Of a stretch of 64,000 nt of DNA, positions 1 to 12,569 are shown one piece after another; the stretch's first letter is position 1, and every line of letters starts with the position of its first letter. The stretch comes from Eledone cirrhosa (Eukaryota), in the NCBI GenBank assembly GCA_964016885.1, contig OZ024756.1, forward strand, positions 20,026,001-20,090,000, written 5' to 3'. Made by a program: the position numbers and the translations under genes. The notes under the pieces are model-generated. The model worked only from the letters and a program-made list of their open reading frames with translations, was not told where the DNA came from and ran no database searches.

Positions 1-1
1 G

Positions 2-38
<37 letters not shown>

Positions 39-403
39 AAACTTCTATCGTCCTTACACTTTTCTTAGTCTTTTATAACTCCTATTACTTTGGCACTTTC
101 AATCTTGCACGCATCGTCAGGCTTTCAAATATTTAAACTTTAAATTTGCATTTCTTATTACACAATGCTTCAAGCAAACTACAACACTTTGTTATATATA
201 TGTAAATGTGGTTGGTGTTAGGAAGGGCATCCAGCTGTAAAAAAGCTGCCAGAGACACTTCCGTACGAGCGAAACACGGTCTCCCGACCATTCCCGCATC
301 AAATGGAACAAAACCGTCTAACCCATGCTAGCGTGGAAGATGGACGTTAAACGATGATGATGATGATGATGATGATGATGTGTGTGTAAGTATGCACACA
401 CAT

Positions 404-455
<52 letters not shown>

Positions 456-530
456 AGATGGCTTCCAAAAATAATGGTTGCATTTTAAAAGGGTACGTCA
501 AAGCTTATTTGTAAAACTGTTATATATTGT

Positions 531-594
531 ATTTTGTCTGATGAAGGCATACCATAATTTAATTTGGTATCCCTGAAATATGTATAATGAAATA
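531..594 (+). ncRNA. Minimal type I hammerhead ribozyme motif, family A
   Basis: ATTTTGT-CTGATGA-stem II (AGGCATACCA/TGGTATCCCT)-GAAA-TATGTA-TA-ATGAAA, inside a ~270 bp element (about 457-727) flanked by (TA)n. Confidence 0.65.
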
Positions 595-1073
595 ATTATG
601 GTTTTATAAATATAGTTTCCATTTATTTAATATTGTATATCTACTCCAAATACTTGTTGAATGCTTTATATCAGTTATAAAAATATTTACTTGTTGTATC
701 CCAACAATTTTAAATAGAACTTTTGCATATATATATATATATATATAAATATATATAAACACACATATATATATAAATACATATGTACGTATGGGTTATA
801 TCGAACACTAATAATTATTTCTACTTTTGGCACAAGGCCAGCAATTATTACTGGTACTTTATTTTATCGACCCCCGTAAGGATGAAAGGCAAAGTTAACC
901 TTGGCGGGATTTGAACTCAGATTGGAAAGGGCCGTAACTCTATGCATCAAAGCATGGCGTCCGACCCTCTACCGATTCTGCCAATCCACCACCCTTGAAT
1001 CGAACACTAATAATAATGTTTGATTCGTTTGTGTTCGATATAACCCATATGTACATATATATATATGTATATA

Positions 1074-1148
<75 letters not shown>

Positions 1149-2311
1149 ATACAGTCCTATGCGAGCAAGACAGCCACTCTTGCCTCAAGTGGGAAAACCC
1201 CCGTCCAAACCCATGCAAGCGTGGAACACGGACGCTAAACCTGATGATGATGATGATGATGATGATGATGTGTGTACGTGTTCATACTTACAAGTATGTG
1301 TACGTGTTCATACTTACTGTGCTAGGGCAAGAAATACAATTCAAATTTCATTTTTTATATATATATCAGACAGGGTGTGGTAACATACCAGGTGGACCAT
1401 AACCCACCAGAGTACTCGATACTTGGGGTAGTAGAGTGGGTAATATGAAGAGATTCAGGACCCCGAAGGCCGAGCTCTGGCCGTTTCCACAACTAGATCT
1501 GTTGGGATTCTCATCATATCAACATCATTTTACGTCCCCTTTTCCCTGCTTGCAAGGGTGGGACGGGAACTGATTCTGGCTTGATTTCTACAGCTGGATG
1601 CCCTTCCTAACACCAACCTCATTTACAGTGAGTGCTGGGTGCTTTTTTCCGTGGCGCCTCCATGACCACTTTGCAGTGGAATGATAGGGACCCCAGTCCC
1701 TATCATCTCATTTCTACAGCTGAGTAAACTGGAGCAAACTGAGTAAACTGGTGCAAACTGGAGTAAACTGGAGCAATGTGAAATAAAGTGTCTTGCTCAA
1801 GGAAACAACACATCACCCGGTCTGAGAATTGAACTCACAACCTTTCGATTGCAAGGCCAATGCTCTAACCACTAAGCCATGTGCCTCCATATATATATAT
1901 TAGAAAGTGAGGTTTTTTTTTACAAAATGAAAAATAACCGAGGTGTCCTACACGAGTGAAAGTATAAGGGAAAATGAGGAAATCGAAAATGCAACTGGAG
2001 TCTTTTTTTTTTAAATATATATCATTCCACTGCAAAGTGATCGTGGAGGTGCCACGGCAAAAAAGCACCCAGCACTCACTGTAAATGAGGTTGGTGTTAG
2101 GAAGGGCATCCAGCTGTAGAAATCAAGCCAGAATCAGTTCCCGTCCCACCTTTGCAAGCAGGGAAAAAGCAGACGTAAAATGAAATAATGATTTGTATCC
2201 CAGGTTCAATTTGGGTTAACCACAGTAAGTAAGGTACTCAATACATTGTAGAGTATATACAAGATTTAATATAGAAATGGCTTCTACAGGATTCAAACTG
2301 TTTCATTTAAA

Positions 2312-2363
2312 GGCTTTCCTGATGATTCCTTTCGAATGAAACAGTTCTAGTCCTGTAGAAGCC
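2312..2363 (+). ncRNA. Hammerhead-like motif, family B
   Basis: GGCTTTC-CTGATGA-TTC(CTTTC)GAAT-GAAA-CAG(TTCTAGTC)CTG-TA-GAAGCC; inverted partial copy immediately upstream. Confidence 0.55.
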
Positions 2364-2389
2364 ATTTCTATATTAAATCTTATATATAA

Positions 2390-2420
<31 letters not shown>

Positions 2421-2892
2421 GTTTAACGTCCATCTTCCACACTAGCATGGGTTGGATGGGTTTGTCCCACTTGAGACAAGATTGGTCAGGTGACTGTGTT
2501 TCGCTCATACAGAACTGTTTCTGGCAGGTTTTCTACGGCTGGATTCCCTTCCTAACACCAACCACATTTACAGTGTGGACTGGGAGCTTTTTACAGTGGA
2601 CGGAAGTGGGAGCATGGAGTAGGGGGTATGTATATTGGGCTAAGAGGTGCCTACTGACTGTAGGTTGAAGTTCGTATAAATATATATATATATAACTAGG
2701 AATTGATCAACATATATATAAATAAATATATTTATTTATATATATGTTGATCAATTCCTAGTTATTAAAATGCTCGTACTTACAAAGTCCTAGAGCTTAT
2801 TTTCCGGGCGATATGGCGCATTCCGTCAAGGAATGACACCCATAATTTCGATTCTGATTGAATTCTTTTAATCTATCTTAATTTTGGATATA

Positions 2893-2927
<35 letters not shown>

Positions 2928-3108
2928 AAGATGCAGTAGAGGAAGACCACGAAAAACATGGGCAGAGGTGGTGAGAGCAGACCTCAGATCACTGAAGCTC
3001 ACGGAGATGACGAAGGACCGTGACAAGGGGGGAGATGGTGTGCTGAATAGGACCCGTCTCACCCTTCCAAGCAGGGAAAAGCGGACATAAAATGATGATG
3101 ATGATATG

Positions 3109-3145
<37 letters not shown>

Positions 3146-3330
3146 TATGTTAAAGTATTGATGGTTTGCTTTATTCTTTGGATTTACAAATTAAATCAAA
3201 ACCAGTCTACCAGGAACAGGGTTGAACCCATTATTTAATAAAGAAGAAAGATTAATAAAAGAAGAAAAAAAACGAGAAAAAAGTTAACAAAAAAAATAAC
3301 AAATAGCAAAAGGTAACAAAAATCTCCAAC

Positions 3331-3452
3331 CTTTTTAGCTCTGCCTGTTCTTCTTCTAGAGGTTCAATCTTCTGTAGAACATAAGAGTATCTGAGGTTGG
3401 CTTTCACCCAAACAGCGAGACACTCGACTGCAACTGAGGCTCGTCTTGCATT
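3331..3452 (-). CDS. DYNC2H1: DYNC2H1 exon, MTBD/CC2
   Basis: NARRASVAVECLAVWVKANLRYSYVLQKIEPLEEEQAELK; ATCAG| and |GTTGGA; not in the ORF track. Confidence 0.92.
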
Positions 3453-3629
3453 CTGATAGGGGACAAAAATATAATAAAATTATTTCTTTCGGTTTTAAAT
3501 TTAAGAAATAAAAATATAATAAAAACAATAAAATCTCCGTTGCCATCATATTCTTCTTCTTCCTCCTTTTCCTTTTTTATTTTTCATCCTCTTCCTCTTC
3601 CTCCTCTTCTTCTTCTTCATCTTCTTCAT

Positions 3630-4110
3630 CTTTGCCCCCACATATTGCTGGAGGGTCGTGGGTGGCAGAGTCCGCAAACACTCCTTCCAGCGGGCCCTGT
3701 CAGAAGCAAACGTCTCCAACTGATCCGTCTGGATCTCCAAGCATGACCAGCCAAGCTCACGGATGTTATCCAACCATCTTGCTCGGGGTCTACCCCTGGG
3801 TCTCCTGCCGGCTGGTTTTGCCTGTAAAAATCTGTCCAGCAATTCTTTACCGAGACATTTTGACCATGTCCGGAGCTGTGACCTGTCAATTCGGAGAAGT
3901 AGTGGCTCTACCTGGAGCTATGCACTCTCTTGAGAGTAACATTATTCCAAAAACCCTTCAGAAGAACTCCGTTTCGGTCGCTTACATTCACAATTGTATT
4001 CTTTCAGTTGTTACCCGAGTTTTATGACCATAGGTAAGGGCTGGCACAAATACCGAAATGAAGATAGCAAGTTTGGTTTTTACTTCTACCTCCCTTCTTC
4101 TGATTACCCA
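3630..4110 (-). mobile_element. RTE-like LINE 3' fragment
   Basis: LQAKPAGRRPRGRPRARWLDNI motif with frameshifts; related pieces at about 18420-18590, 21630-21820 and 33150-33330. Confidence 0.75.
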
Positions 4111-4604
4111 ATGATGATGATGATGATGTTAATGATGACAATGCTTATGAAATTAATGATGATGATGATGATGATAATAATAATAATAATTGTTTCTACG
4201 TTTGGCACAAGGCCAGCAATTACCCCAGTGCATTACTGGTACTTTATTTTATCGACCCCGTAAGGATGAAAGGCAAAGTAGTTAACCTCGGCGGGATTTA
4301 TAAAACTCAGACCGTAAAGGGGCACAACTCTATGCTACAAAGCATGGTGTCTGACGCTCTACTGATACTGCTAATCCACCTAATAATAATTGTATCTACT
4401 TTTGGCACAAGGCCAGCAATTACCCCAGTACATTACTGGTACTTTATTTTATCGACCCCCGTAAGGATGACAGGCAAAGTTAACCTCGGCGGGATTTGAA
4501 CTCAGAATGGCAAGGGCCGTAACTCTTTGCGTCAAAGCTTGGCGTCCGACCCTCTACCAATACTGCCAATCCACCTAATAATAATAATGATGATGGACAC
4601 AACA

Positions 4605-6564
4605 GTGGTTGTGTAGGAGACACGGTGAAAAGGCTCCCAGTCCACACTGTAAAGTGGCTGTGTAGGAGACACGGTGAAAAGGCTCCCAGTCCACACTGTA
4701 AAGTGGTTGTGTAGGAGACACGGTGAAAAGGCTCCCAGTCCATACTGTAAAGTGGCTGTGTAGGAGACACGGTGAAAAGGCTCCCAGTCCACACTGTAAA
4801 GTGGCTGTGTAGGGGACACGGTGAAAAGGCTCCCAGTCCACACTGTAAAGTGGTTGTGTAGGAGACACGGTGAAAAGGCTCCCAGTCCATACTCTAAAGT
4901 GGCTGTGTAGGAGACACGGTGAAAAGGCTCCCAGTCCACACTGTAAAGTGGTTGTGTAGGAGACACGGTGAAAAGGCTCCCAGTCCACACTGTAAAGTGG
5001 CTGTGTAGGAGACACGGTGAAAAGGCTCCCAGTCCACACTGTAAAGTGGTTGTGTAGGAGACACGATGAAAAGGCTCCCAGTCCACACTGTAAAGTGGTT
5101 GTGTAGGAGACACGGTGAAAAGGCTCCCAGTCCACACTGTAAAGTGGTTGTGTAGGAGACACGGTGAAAAGGCTCCCAGTCCACACTGTAAAGTGGTTGT
5201 GTAGGAGACACGGTGAAAAGGCTCCCAGTCCACACTGTAAAGTGGTTGTGTAGGAGACACGGTGAAAAGGCTCCCAGTCCATACTGTAAAGTGGCTGTGT
5301 AGGAGACACGGTGAAAAGGCTCCCAGTCCACACTGTAAAGTGGTTGTGTAGGAGACACGGTGAAAAGGCTCCCAGTCCACACTGTAAAGTGGTTGTGTAG
5401 GAGACACGGTGAAAAGGCTCCCAGTCCATACTGTAAAGTGGCTGTGTAGGAGACACGGTGAAAAGGCTCCCAGTCCACACTGTAAAGTGGCTGTGTAGGA
5501 GACACGGTGAAAAGGCTCCCAGTCCACACTGTAAAGTGGCTGTGTAGGAGACACGGTGAAAAGGCTCCCAGTCCACACTGTAAAGTGGTTGTGTAGGAGA
5601 CACGGTGAAAAGGCTCCCAGTCCACACTGTAAAGTGGTTGTGTAGGAGACACGGTGAAAAGGCTCCCAGTCCATACTGTAAAGTGGTTGTGTAGGAGACA
5701 CGGTGAAAAGGCTCCCAGTCCACACTGTAAAGTGGCTGTGTAGGAGACACGGTGAAAAGGCTCCCAGTCCACACTGTAAAGTGGCTGTGTAGGAGACACG
5801 GTGAAAAGGCTCCCAGTCCACACTGTAAAGTGGTTGTGTAGGAGACACGGTGAAAAGGCTCCCAGTCCATACTGTAAAGTGGTCGTGTAGGAGACACGGT
5901 GAAAAGGCTCCCAGTCCACACTGTAAAGTGGTTGTGTAGGAGACACGGTGAAAAGGCTCCCAGTCCACACTGTAAAGTGGCTGTGTAGGAGACACGGTGA
6001 AAAGGCTCCCAGTCCACACTGTAAAGTGGCTGTGTAGGAGACACGCTGAAAAGGCTCCCAGTCCATACTGTAAAGTGGTCGTGTAGGAGACACGGTGAAA
6101 AGGCTCCCAGTCCACACTGTAAAGTGGCTGTGTAGGAGACACGGTGAAAAGGCTCCCAGTCCACACTGTAAAGTGGCTGTGTAGGAGACACGGTGAAAAG
6201 GTTCCCAGTCCACACTGTAAAGTGGTTGTGTAGGAGACACGCTGAAAAGGCTCCCAATCCATACTGTAAAGTGGTCGTGTAGGAGACACGGTGAAAAGGC
6301 TCCCAGTCCACACTGTAAAGTGGCTGTGTAGGAGACACGGTGAAAAGGCTCCCAGTCCACACTGTAAAGTGGTTGTGTAGGAGACACGGTGAAAAGGCTC
6401 CCAGTCCACACTGTAAAGTGGTTGTGTAGGAGACACGGTGAAAAGGCTCCCAGTCCATACTGTAAAGTGGCTGTGTAGGAGACACGGTGAAAAGGCTCCC
6501 AGTCCACACTGTAAAGTGGTTGTGTAGGAGACACGGTGAAAAGGCTCCCAGTCCACACTGTAAA
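4605..6564. repeat. 49-bp minisatellite, about 40 copies, inside a SINE
   Basis: Unit GTGGTTGTGTAGGAGACACGGTGAAAAGGCTCCCAGTCCACACTGTAAA, running into the SINE tail at 6565-6735. Confidence 0.95.
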
Positions 6565-6755
6565 TGTGGTTGGTGTTAGGAAGGGCATCCAGCTGTAAAA
6601 CTAATCCTGCCAGAGACGCTTCAGTGCGAGCGAGACACGGTCTCCCGACCATTCCCGCATCAAATGGAACAAAACCGTCTAACCTATCCTAGCGTGGAAG
6701 ATGGACGTTAAACAATGATGATGATGATGATGATGACAGAGATACTAAGGCTTAC

Positions 6756-6879
6756 CTTTGCTTCAAATGCATCCTTATTTTTCCTCAGTAGTTCTTCCAC
6801 AAAGTTTCTGATGTCAGGTGTGATCTTACGCGCATTAAAAGACTGGATATCTTTTTCTACTCCCCTCTTTCCTAAAAAA
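6756..6879 (-). CDS. DYNC2H1: DYNC2H1 exon, MTBD
   Basis: SFLGKRGVEKDIQSFNARKITPDIRNFVEELLRKNKDAFEAK. Confidence 0.95.
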
Positions 6880-7959
6880 CTGATCACAGAGAGAGAACAC
6901 AACCATAGATTATTAATACTGTGCATGTGTGTGTATGTGGTGTATGTATATACATATATATATGTATGTGTGTGTGTATATATATATGTGGGGACAGCTG
7001 CAGAAAAAAAGTGCAGGGCGATCAAAATTGATGGTAGTTATGGAGTAGGTAGTAAGGTCGGAATTTATCAGATCGTCCCAGGTTTTTCTGGGAGGATCTG
7101 ATAAATTCCGACCTTACACACTTGCACCTCTCTAAGACAATGTCACTGGACCGAGATTGTTTGGCGCTACGCAGTAATACAGAAGACCCGCCTTGCCTAT
7201 GTACAAAGCGAAACCTAGTCAGTAGGCACCTCTTAACCAAATATACACCCCGATCCACTACCCCTACCCTATCCTCCCACGCCCACCAACACCACCCTCT
7301 CTCTGTAAAGTTGGTACCACAACATCCAGTCAAAATAAATGAGATAATGAGATGGAGATCGTGTAGGTGTCACAACAAAAAAACACACAGTCCACGCTGT
7401 AATGTGGTCGTGTAGGTAACACGGGGAAAAGTTCCCAGTTCCACACTGTAAATGTGGTTGGTGTTAGGAAGGGCATCCAGCCGTAGAAAACCTGCCAGAT
7501 AGTCCTATATGAGCGAGATACAGTCACCCGACCAACCTTGCCTCAAGTGGGACAACTCCCGTCTAACCCATGCTAGCGTGGAAAATGGATGTTAAACGAA
7601 GATGATGATGATGATGATGATGTGTGTGTGTGTATATATACATGTATATGTATGAGTGTGTGTATATTTATATGTATATATATGTGTGTGTGTGTTTGTG
7701 TGTGTATGTACATGTGTGTCTGTGTGCATATATGTGTGTGTGTATGTATATATGCATGTGTATATATGTGTGTGTGTGTGTGTGTCTGTGTGTGTGTGCA
7801 TATATATGTGTATGTGTGTATATATACATGTGTATATATATATATCTGTTTGTGTATATATATGTGTTTGTGTGTGTATATACATGTGTGTCTGTGTGTG
7901 CATATACATGTGTGTCTGTATATACATATGTGTCTGTGTGTGTATATACATGTATATAT

Positions 7960-8600
7960 ATGTGTTTGTGTGTATATATATACATGTATATGTATGCATG
8001 TGTATATATATATATATATCTGTCTGTGGATATATATATGTGCTTGTGTGTGTATATATACATGTATATGTATGCATGTGTATATATATATATATATCTG
8101 TCTGTGGATATATATATGTGCTTGTGTGTGTATATATACATGTATATGTATGCATGTGTATATATATATATATATATCTGTCTATGGATATATATATGTG
8201 CTTGTGTTTGTATATATACATGTATATGTATGCATGTGTATATATATATATATATCTGTCTGTGGATATATATATGTGCTTGTGTGTGTATATATACATG
8301 TATATGTATGCATGTGTATATATATATATATATCTGTCTGTGGATATATATATGTGCTTGTGTGTGTATATATACATGTATATGTATGCATGTGTATATA
8401 TATATATATATCTGTCTGTGGATATATATATGTGCTTGTGTGTGTATATATACATGTATATGTATGCATGTGTATATATATATATATATATCTGTCTATG
8501 GATATATATATGTGCTTGTGTTTGTATATATACATGTATATGTATGCATGTGTATATATATATATATATATCTGTTTGTATATATATATATGTGTTTGTG
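7960..8600. repeat. About 58-bp TA/TG-derived minisatellite
   Basis: TGTCTGTGGATATATATATGTGCTTGTGTGTGTATATATACATGTATATGTATGCATG... repeated about 10 times. Confidence 0.85.
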
Positions 8601-8810
8601 TGTGTGTATATACATGTATATCTATATATGTGTGTGTGTGTGATGTTGTTGCACCAACAACATCACTTACAGTTCAACAACCCAGATAGGAGACAAAGCT
8701 CAAATAGAAAGAATGGAACGACATTCCAATCTTTAATTAGGAAAAAAAAAAAAAAAAAAAAAAAAAGTGAGCGAGAGAGAGAAACAAAGCTAAGAAATTA
8801 CAATACTGAC

Positions 8811-9085
8811 CTTTTCATACTGACCCAAGATGTATCATAAATCCCCATCATACAGAGGACTGCTTCAAGGATGCAGCGAATGGTGTTAGGGGGTGCCCGC
8901 AAGGATCGGATCTCAAACAAGGCTTCACTCTGAATGTTACCAACAGCCTTTTTAGCTTCGTTCACGAGGGGTTCAATCTCAGCGAGTTCAGCATCAATTT
9001 TCTTCTTGCGTGTCTCAAGGTTCTCATTCTCCTTCGTTGCTTTCTGTTTTAGAATTACCATCTCGTTTTTCTGATCGCCAGCATC
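8811..9085 (-). CDS. DYNC2H1: DYNC2H1 exon, CC1/MTBD
   Basis: DAGDQKNEM...[30 protein letters not shown]...[12 protein letters not shown]. Confidence 0.96.
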
Positions 9086-9131
9086 CTAAATAAAGATCAA
9101 TTAATAATCATCATTTAATATCTGCTTTTGC

Positions 9132-9170
<39 letters not shown>

Positions 9171-9246
9171 AAGTTATATTTAAAATTGTTGGGTTACAAC
9201 TAGTAAATATTTATAACTGATATAAAAGCACTCGACAAATATTTGT

Positions 9247-9310
9247 ATTTTGTCTGATGAAGGCATAGCATATTGTTAATATGATATCCCCGAAATATAT
9301 ATAATGAAAT
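9247..9310 (+). ncRNA. Hammerhead motif, family A
   Basis: ATTTTGT-CTGATGA-AGGCATAGCATATT/AATATGATATCCCC-GAAA-TATATA-TA-ATGAAAT. Confidence 0.6.
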
Positions 9311-10066
9311 AAATATGGTTTTATAAATATAGTTTTCCATTTATTTAATATTATATATATATATATATATTTATTTATGTAAAGTTCGGAGCGTATGTGC
9401 ATCATTATCATCGTCATCGTTTAACGTCCGTGTTCCACGCTTGCATGGGTTTGGACGGGAGTTTTCCCACTTGAGGCAAGAGTGGTTGTCATTGCTCGCA
9501 TAGGACTGTCTGGCGGGTTTTCTACAGCTGGATGCCCTTCCTAACACCAACCACATTTACAGTGTGGGGCTGGGAGGTTTTTACCGTGTTGCCTACACGG
9601 CCACATTACAGCGTGGACTGTCTGGCGGGTTTTCTACAGCTGGATGCCCTTCCTAACACCAACCACATTTACAGTGTGGGGCTGGGAGGTTTTTACCATG
9701 TTGCCTAACACGGCCACATTACAGCGTGGACTGTGTGTTTTTCTGGGACGAGCTGATAAATTCCGACCTCACACACTTACACCTCTCCAAGGCAATGTCA
9801 CTGGACCGAGACCTTTGGCGGTACTCAGTAATAGAGAAGACCCGCCTTACCTAAATACTAAGTAAAACCTACTACAGTCAGTAGGCATCTCTAACAAAAT
9901 ACACCCCCGTCCCACCTCCCCCACCCCATCCACACCGCCCCTTTCAATGTAAAGTTATGTATATATGTATGTATATATGTATGTATATATATATATACAT
10001 ACATATATATATATATACATACATACATATATATACATACATACATATATATACATACATACATAC

Positions 10067-10136
<70 letters not shown>

Positions 10137-10765
10137 CATATATATATCATCATTCATTTTACATCCGCTTTTCCCTGCTTGCAAGGGTGGGACGGGATAT
10201 ATATACATATACATATACATACATACATATATATATAGTATAAAGAAAACGAAAAATCAGTGATGCATCTGGACTTAATTTATTGCGTGTTACAATTACA
10301 CCGGCAGGTAGCTCGAGTCATGGTCCTTGTATGGATCTGGCTGATTCTACTTCTGCAGGTTCTTTCAGACAGGTATTTCGTTTGGAGCAAATTTTATCAC
10401 ACATATATATATATATATATTCATCACCATCATCATCATTTCATTTTTACGTCCGCTTTTCCCTGCTTGCAAGGGTGGGACGGGAACTGATTTTGGCTTG
10501 ATTTCTACAGCTGGATGCCCTTCCTAACACCAACCTCATTTACAGTGAGTGCTGGGTGCTTTTTTGCCGTGGCACCTCCACGACCACTTTGCAGTGGAAT
10601 GATATGGACCCCAGTCCCTATCATCTCATTTCTACAGCTGAGTAAACTGGAGCAATGTGAAATAAAGTGTCTTGCTCAAGGAAACAACACATCACCCGGT
10701 CTGAGAATTGAACTCACAACCTTTCGATTGCAAGGCCAATGCTCTAACCACTAAGCCATGTGCCT

Positions 10766-10856
<91 letters not shown>

Positions 10857-11130
10857 TGTGGTTGCTTCATTCCTCTTCAGTATATATATATATCATCATC
10901 ATCATCATCATTTAACGTCCATTTTCTAACCCATACTAGCATGAATGTTAAACGATGATGATGATAATATATATATATATATATATATATATGCAAAAGT
11001 TCTATTTAAATTGTTGGGATACAACAAGCAAACACTTTTATAACTGATATAAAGTAACGGTCTTCCAAAAGTAACCGTTGCATTTTGAAAGGGTATGTTA
11101 AAATTTATTTATAAAACTGGTATATATTGT

Positions 11131-11193
11131 ATTTTGTCTGATGAAAGCATACCATAATTTAACATGGTATCCTTGAAATATGTATAATAAAAT
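11131..11193 (+). ncRNA. Hammerhead motif, family A
   Basis: ATTTTGT-CTGATGA-AAGCATACCAT/ATGGTATCCTT-GAAA-TATGTA-TA-ATAAAAT. Confidence 0.65.
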
Positions 11194-11591
11194 AGATATG
11201 GTTTTATAAATATAGTTTCCATTTGTTAATATCATATTATATATATATATATATTCCCACCACCCCCACCCCATCCACGCCACCCCGTTCTATGTAAAGT
11301 TGTGTTGGTGCCACACCATCCAGGCCGAAACAAATGAGATTGTGTAGGTGTCACGACAAAAAACACACAGTCCACGCTGTAATGTGGCCGTGTAGGCAAC
11401 ACGGTAAAAACCTCCCAGACCCACACTGTAAATGTGGTTGGTGCTAGGAAGGGCATCCAACTGTAGAAAACCTGCCAGACAGTCCTATGCGAGCAAGACA
11501 ATCACTCTTGCCTCAAGTGGGACTACCCCCGTCCAAACCCATGCAAGCGTGGAACACGGACGTTAAACGTTGATGATGATGATGATGATGA

Positions 11592-11629
<38 letters not shown>

Positions 11630-12040
11630 TGGAGAGAAATGAAGCAGCCATACTTCACTGGATGTGTAATGTAAGTGTGAGAGAAAAGCGGAGTTTGGCT
11701 AAACTGAAGGAGAAGCTAGGTTTAAGAGGAATCTGAAGTGGTGTGCAGGAGAGAAGACTGCGTTAGTTATGGACATGTGAAGCGTCTGGATGATAGTCGC
11801 TGGGTGAAGAGGTGCCAGGAAACCCAAGTAGAAGAAAGCTGCATTAGAGGTAGACCAAGATAGACCTGGGCAGAGGTTGAGAAAGCTGACCGCAAATTGT
11901 TGAGACTCACAGAGGAGATGACAAAGGAATGTGGCGAGTGCAGAGATACTGGGCTGAAAAGGACCCATCCAACCCATACAAGTGTAGGTAAATGGACATA
12001 AAAACAACGATGATGGTGATGATGATGATGATGATGATAT
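11630..12040 (+). mobile_element. RTE-like LINE 3' fragment with (GAT)n tail
   Basis: Degenerate ERNE..L.WMC, YGHV.R and RGRP..TW motifs; related pieces at about 17600-17870, 41560-42000 and 58850-59040. Confidence 0.7.
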
Positions 12041-12569
12041 TGAAACAATTTACTTTCCACCTGTCTTGTTCTATTTTGTTAGAATGGGTTGGAAGGTGGT
12101 GCAAATTCTGATTTTTCCATCATTTGCATATCTTGAATAGAGTTTCACTGCCATTCATATCATTAGCTTCCATGACAACACAAATATCAGCCTGGAGACA
12201 AAGCAAGACTGTTTCAAGGAACATTTCTCATGGGACAGAATTATATAAAGAATAAACACTAACTTTACTGTTGCTACTTTAAATAGTGTCTATCCCATTA
12301 TCTAATGAACATATTTTATATATATATATATATATAACGAAGGAAATGTGGTAAGGAACCAGATGGACCATAACGCACCAAAGTACTCAATACTTAGGGT
12401 AGTAGAGTGGGTAATAGGAACGAGTAGGACCCCGACGGCTGAGCTCAAGCCGTTTCGACGGCTAATTCTGGATGCAATTAGAGTCCAGAATTAGCCGTCG
12501 AAACGGCTTAAGCTCAGCCGTCAGGGTCCTACTCGTTCCTATATATATATATATATTTATATATATATA

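Noticed and set aside
90-127. Minus-strand CTGACGA...GAAAGTGC hammerhead-like string
   Set aside because: Stems I and III and the UH triplet cannot be formed; at most a relic.
2692-2765. Perfect ~74-bp palindrome
   Set aside because: Real but centred on AT microsatellite with no recognisable motif; probably another inverted element end.
1-3330. Expected next DYNC2H1 exon (rest of CC2)
   Set aside because: No matching coding sequence found; it probably lies beyond the window start.
4605-6564. CRISPR-like regular repeats
   Set aside because: No unique spacers and no cas genes; eukaryotic intron.
4532-6652. 564-706 aa ORFs in three frames (likewise at 16334-17439 and 47297-49201)
   Set aside because: Stop-free minisatellite units give open frames; these are not genes.
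7589-8840. YI/CV-rich ORFs (also 24955-26231, 42179-42976, 45288-46234, 58236-59043)
   Set aside because: Microsatellite or low-complexity translations.
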